Shown here: positions 61,623 to 64,000 of the stretch, in pieces | How positions within the stretch are numbered: position 1 is the first letter of the stretch | Layout of the letters: the number at the start of each line of letters is the position of its first letter | Origin: an uncultured Hoeflea sp. | GTDB taxonomy: Bacteria > Pseudomonadota > Alphaproteobacteria > Rhizobiales > Rhizobiaceae | Direction: 5' to 3' | Assembly (NCBI RefSeq): GCF_947501405.1 | Contig: NZ_CANMVK010000004.1 | Location: forward strand, 112,843-176,842 | DNA: 64,000 bases | Position numbers and translations under genes: made by a program | Notes under the pieces: model-generated | The model's input: only the letters and a program-made list of their open reading frames with translations | Told to the model about the DNA's origin: nothing | Databases searched by the model: none

Positions 61623-62651
61623 ATGCTTGGACTGGATATCACCGTCATCATTATCGTGGTCATCGCACTGCTCGTGCTGGTGTCCAGCATCAAGACCGTG
61701 CCGCAGGGCTTCGCTTTCACCGTCGAGCGCTTCGGACGCTACACCAAGACGCTTACGCCCGGCCTCAACCTGATCGTCCCCTTCGTCGATCGCATCGGCC
61801 GCAAGATGAACATCATGGAACAGGTGCTCGACATTCCCACCCAGGAAGTCATCACCAAGGACAACGCCTCGGTCGCCGCCGATGCAGTGTCGTTCTATCA
61901 GGTGCTCAATGCCGCTGAAGCCGCCTACCAGGTTTCCAATCTCGAGCAGGCGCTGCTCAATCTGACCATGACCAATATCCGTTCGGTGATGGGCTCGATG
62001 GATCTCGACGAATTGCTGTCCAACCGTGATGCCATCAACGACCGGCTGTTGCACGTGGTCGATCAGGCCGCCGCTCCCTGGGGCATCAAGATCACCCGTG
62101 TCGAGATCAAGGACATTGCCCCGCCGCGCGATCTGGTCCAGGCGATGGGCCGTCAGATGAAGGCCGAGCGTGAAAAGCGCGCCGAAGTGCTGGAAGCCGA
62201 GGGCGCCCGCAACGCCCAGATCCTGCGCGCCGAGGGCGCCAAGCAATCCGCAATTCTGGAGGCCGAAGGCCGCCGCGACGCAGCCTTCCGCGACGCCGAG
62301 GCCCGCGAGCGCCTGGCCGAGGCCGAAGCCAAGGCCACACAAATGATGTCGATCGCCATTGCCGAGGGCGACACCACAGCCATCAACTATTTCGTGGCAC
62401 AGAAATACACCGAGGCCTTGGGCAAGATTGCCTCGGCGGACAATCAGAAGGTCATTTTGATGCCGCTCGAAGCTTCCTCGTTGATCGGATCGCTTGGCGG
62501 TATCGGCGCCATCGCCCAGGAAGTGTTCGGAAAAGACGGTGCTGCCCCAGCAGCGGGTCGCAGCCGCCGCATCCCCGGTCAGCCGCCACAACAGCCGCGC
62601 AGCTCCACACCGGATCAGCCTGAAGGCGGGGATCGGGAGCCCGGCGCATGA
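61623..62651 (+). CDS. qmcA: SPFH/stomatin-like protein QmcA
   Basis: N-terminal TM; [42 protein letters not shown]. Confidence 0.93.
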   Translation: MLGLDITVIIIVVIALLVLVSSIKTVPQGFAFTVERFGRYTKTLTPGLNLIVPFVDRIGRKMNIMEQVLDIPTQEVITKDNASVAADAVSFYQVLNAAEAAYQVSNLEQALLNLTMTNIRSVMGSMDLDELLSNRDAINDRLLHVVDQAAAPWGIKITRVEIKDIAPPRDLVQAMGRQMKAEREKRAEVLEAEGARNAQILRAEGAKQSAILEAEGRRDAAFRDAEARERLAEAEAKATQMMSIAIAEGDTTAINYFVAQKYTEALGKIASADNQKVILMPLEASSLIGSLGGIGAIAQEVFGKDGAAPAAGRSRRIPGQPPQQPRSSTPDQPEGGDREPGA

Positions 62652-63103
62652 TTGCCGCGCTGATCACCGAACTCGGCCCCTGGAGCTGGTGGATCGTCGG
62701 TCTGCTGTTTCTCGGTCTCGAGATCTTGATCCCGGGCGTGTTTCTGCTCTGGATCGGCCTTGCGGCGCTGGTGGTGGGCGGCGTGTCCTTCGCATTGTGG
62801 GACTGGCCGACCTGGAGCTGGCAGCTTCAGTTTCTGGCCTTTGCCGTGCTGTCGCTGGGCTTTGCGATGGTCGGGCGGCGTGTGTCGACCGTCGGTGGCG
62901 ACAGCGACCAGCCAATGCTCAACCGCCGCGTGGAGGGACTGGTCGGCCGCACTGCGACACTGGAGCAGCCGATTTCCGAAGGTCAGGGCCGGGTCCGGCT
63001 CGACGACACGACCTGGATTGTCCGCGGCCCGGACCTGCCGGCCGGCACACAGGTGCGCATCACTTCGGCCCAATCGGGCAGCCTGACGGTCGAACCGGTC
63101 TGA
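62648..63103 (+). CDS. NfeD-family (YbbJ-like) membrane protein
   Basis: [21 protein letters not shown]...[14 protein letters not shown]; ATGA overlap with qmcA. Confidence 0.92.
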   Translation: MIAALITELGPWSWWIVGLLFLGLEILIPGVFLLWIGLAALVVGGVSFALWDWPTWSWQLQFLAFAVLSLGFAMVGRRVSTVGGDSDQPMLNRRVEGLVGRTATLEQPISEGQGRVRLDDTTWIVRGPDLPAGTQVRITSAQSGSLTVEPV

Positions 63104-63205
63104 CCGCCGATCCTTGTGCGGCTTCGCGCCACCACGAAATGGCGGCTAGGCGCGAAGTTGAACTACCGGTCGATTTGGTGCCTCAAAGCCAAGCCTAAAT
63201 CGCGT

Positions 63206-64000
63206 TCAGGCGACGCCGATTCGCAGCAAATCGTGGAAATGCACGATGCCGATTGGCCCCTGATTATCATCAGTGACGATCAGCGCGCCGATCGAGTTCT
63301 TGTTCAAAATCGCCATCGCGGTGCTCGCCAGCGAAGTCGGTGCAATCGTCTTGGGGTTGCGGGTCATGATCGCATCGATCGGCTGATCAACCAGGTTGTT
63401 TCCCAGATTGCGCGCCACATCGCCATCAGTGACGATGCCGATCAACCGGCCATCGGCGCCGGTAACGCCAACACAGCCGAATTTGCGCAGCGACAGTGTC
63501 ATGATCGCTTCCGGTGCCAGCGTACCCGTGGGCACCAGCGGCACCGCATCGCCGGTGTGCATGACATCGCCGACATGCGCCAGGTTCGCCCCCAACTGGC
63601 CGCCGGGATGGAAGGTGTGAAAATCGCCGGCGGTAAACCCCCTGGCTTCCAGCAGCGCCACCGCCAGCGCGTCGCCGAGTGCCAGTTGCATCAGCGTCGA
63701 GGTCGTGGGCGCCAGCCCGTGCGGACAAGCTTCCTGTTCCTTGGGCAGTGCCAATACGATATCGGCCTCGCGTGCCAGCGCTGATGTCACGCCCGAGGTA
63801 AACGCCACCAACGGAATCTGGAACCGCCGGGAATAGGCCAGGATACCCTTGAGTTCGGCACTTTCACCTGACCATGACAGCGCAACAATCGCATCATTGC
63901 CCGTGATCATGCCGAGATCGCCGTGATTGGCTTCCGCCGCGTGCACGAATTGCGACGGTGTTCCGGTGGACGCCAGCGTCGCGGCAATCTTGGCACCGAT
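63206..64000 (-). CDS. kdsD: KpsF/GutQ-family arabinose-5-phosphate isomerase (5' end outside the window)
   Basis: ATLASTGTP, EANHGDLG, SWSGES, EACPHGLAPTTST, FHPGG and tandem CBS domains. Confidence 0.9.
   Translation of the reverse strand: MGAKIAATLASTGTPSQFVHAAEANHGDLGMITGNDAIVALSWSGESAELKGILAYSRRFQIPLVAFTSGVTSALAREADIVLALPKEQEACPHGLAPTTSTLMQLALGDALAVALLEARGFTAGDFHTFHPGGQLGANLAHVGDVMHTGDAVPLVPTGTLAPEAIMTLSLRKFGCVGVTGADGRLIGIVTDGDVARNLGNNLVDQPIDAIMTRNPKTIAPTSLASTAMAILNKNSIGALIVTDDNQGPIGIVHFHDLLRIGVA

Overview
A 64-kb, GC-rich core-chromosome segment of a Rhizobiales (Hyphomicrobiales) alphaproteobacterium. Gene order matches the conserved tol-ruv-zapA-tkt-gap-pgk-fba-rcdA-rpmE-suhB-efp-purEK-rpmJ-pyk-gapR-tacA-pepF-hss-omp10-hemH-kdsD block known from Sinorhizobium, Agrobacterium and Brucella. 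A Na+/Pi symporter hints at a marine member such as Hoeflea, which is inference only. I found about 68 CDSs, including two real small genes missing from the ORF track (rpmJ and a 53-aa two-helix membrane protein), plus 6S RNA and several intrinsic terminators. I saw no CRISPR, IS element, prophage, tRNA or rRNA. The most notable observations are: (1) a candidate ~97-nt three-hairpin sRNA with an exposed anti-Shine-Dalgarno motif, behind a perfect CtrA box upstream of rcdA, with further CtrA-like boxes at rcdA, tolQ, the DUF882 gene and tacA; (2) a coupled pair of a membrane di-iron desaturase and a PhnD-fold protein lacking a signal peptide, with no transporter nearby; (3) an orphan MotA/MotB-like ion-driven motor pair outside flagellar, Tol or Ton clusters; (4) an AbrB-VapC toxin-antitoxin module with its own promoter and operator, inserted between ruvA and ruvB and overlapping the ruvB start; (5) tandem PckR-like palindromic operators before a short-type class I aldolase. 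Family assignments come from motif recognition; no database searches were run.
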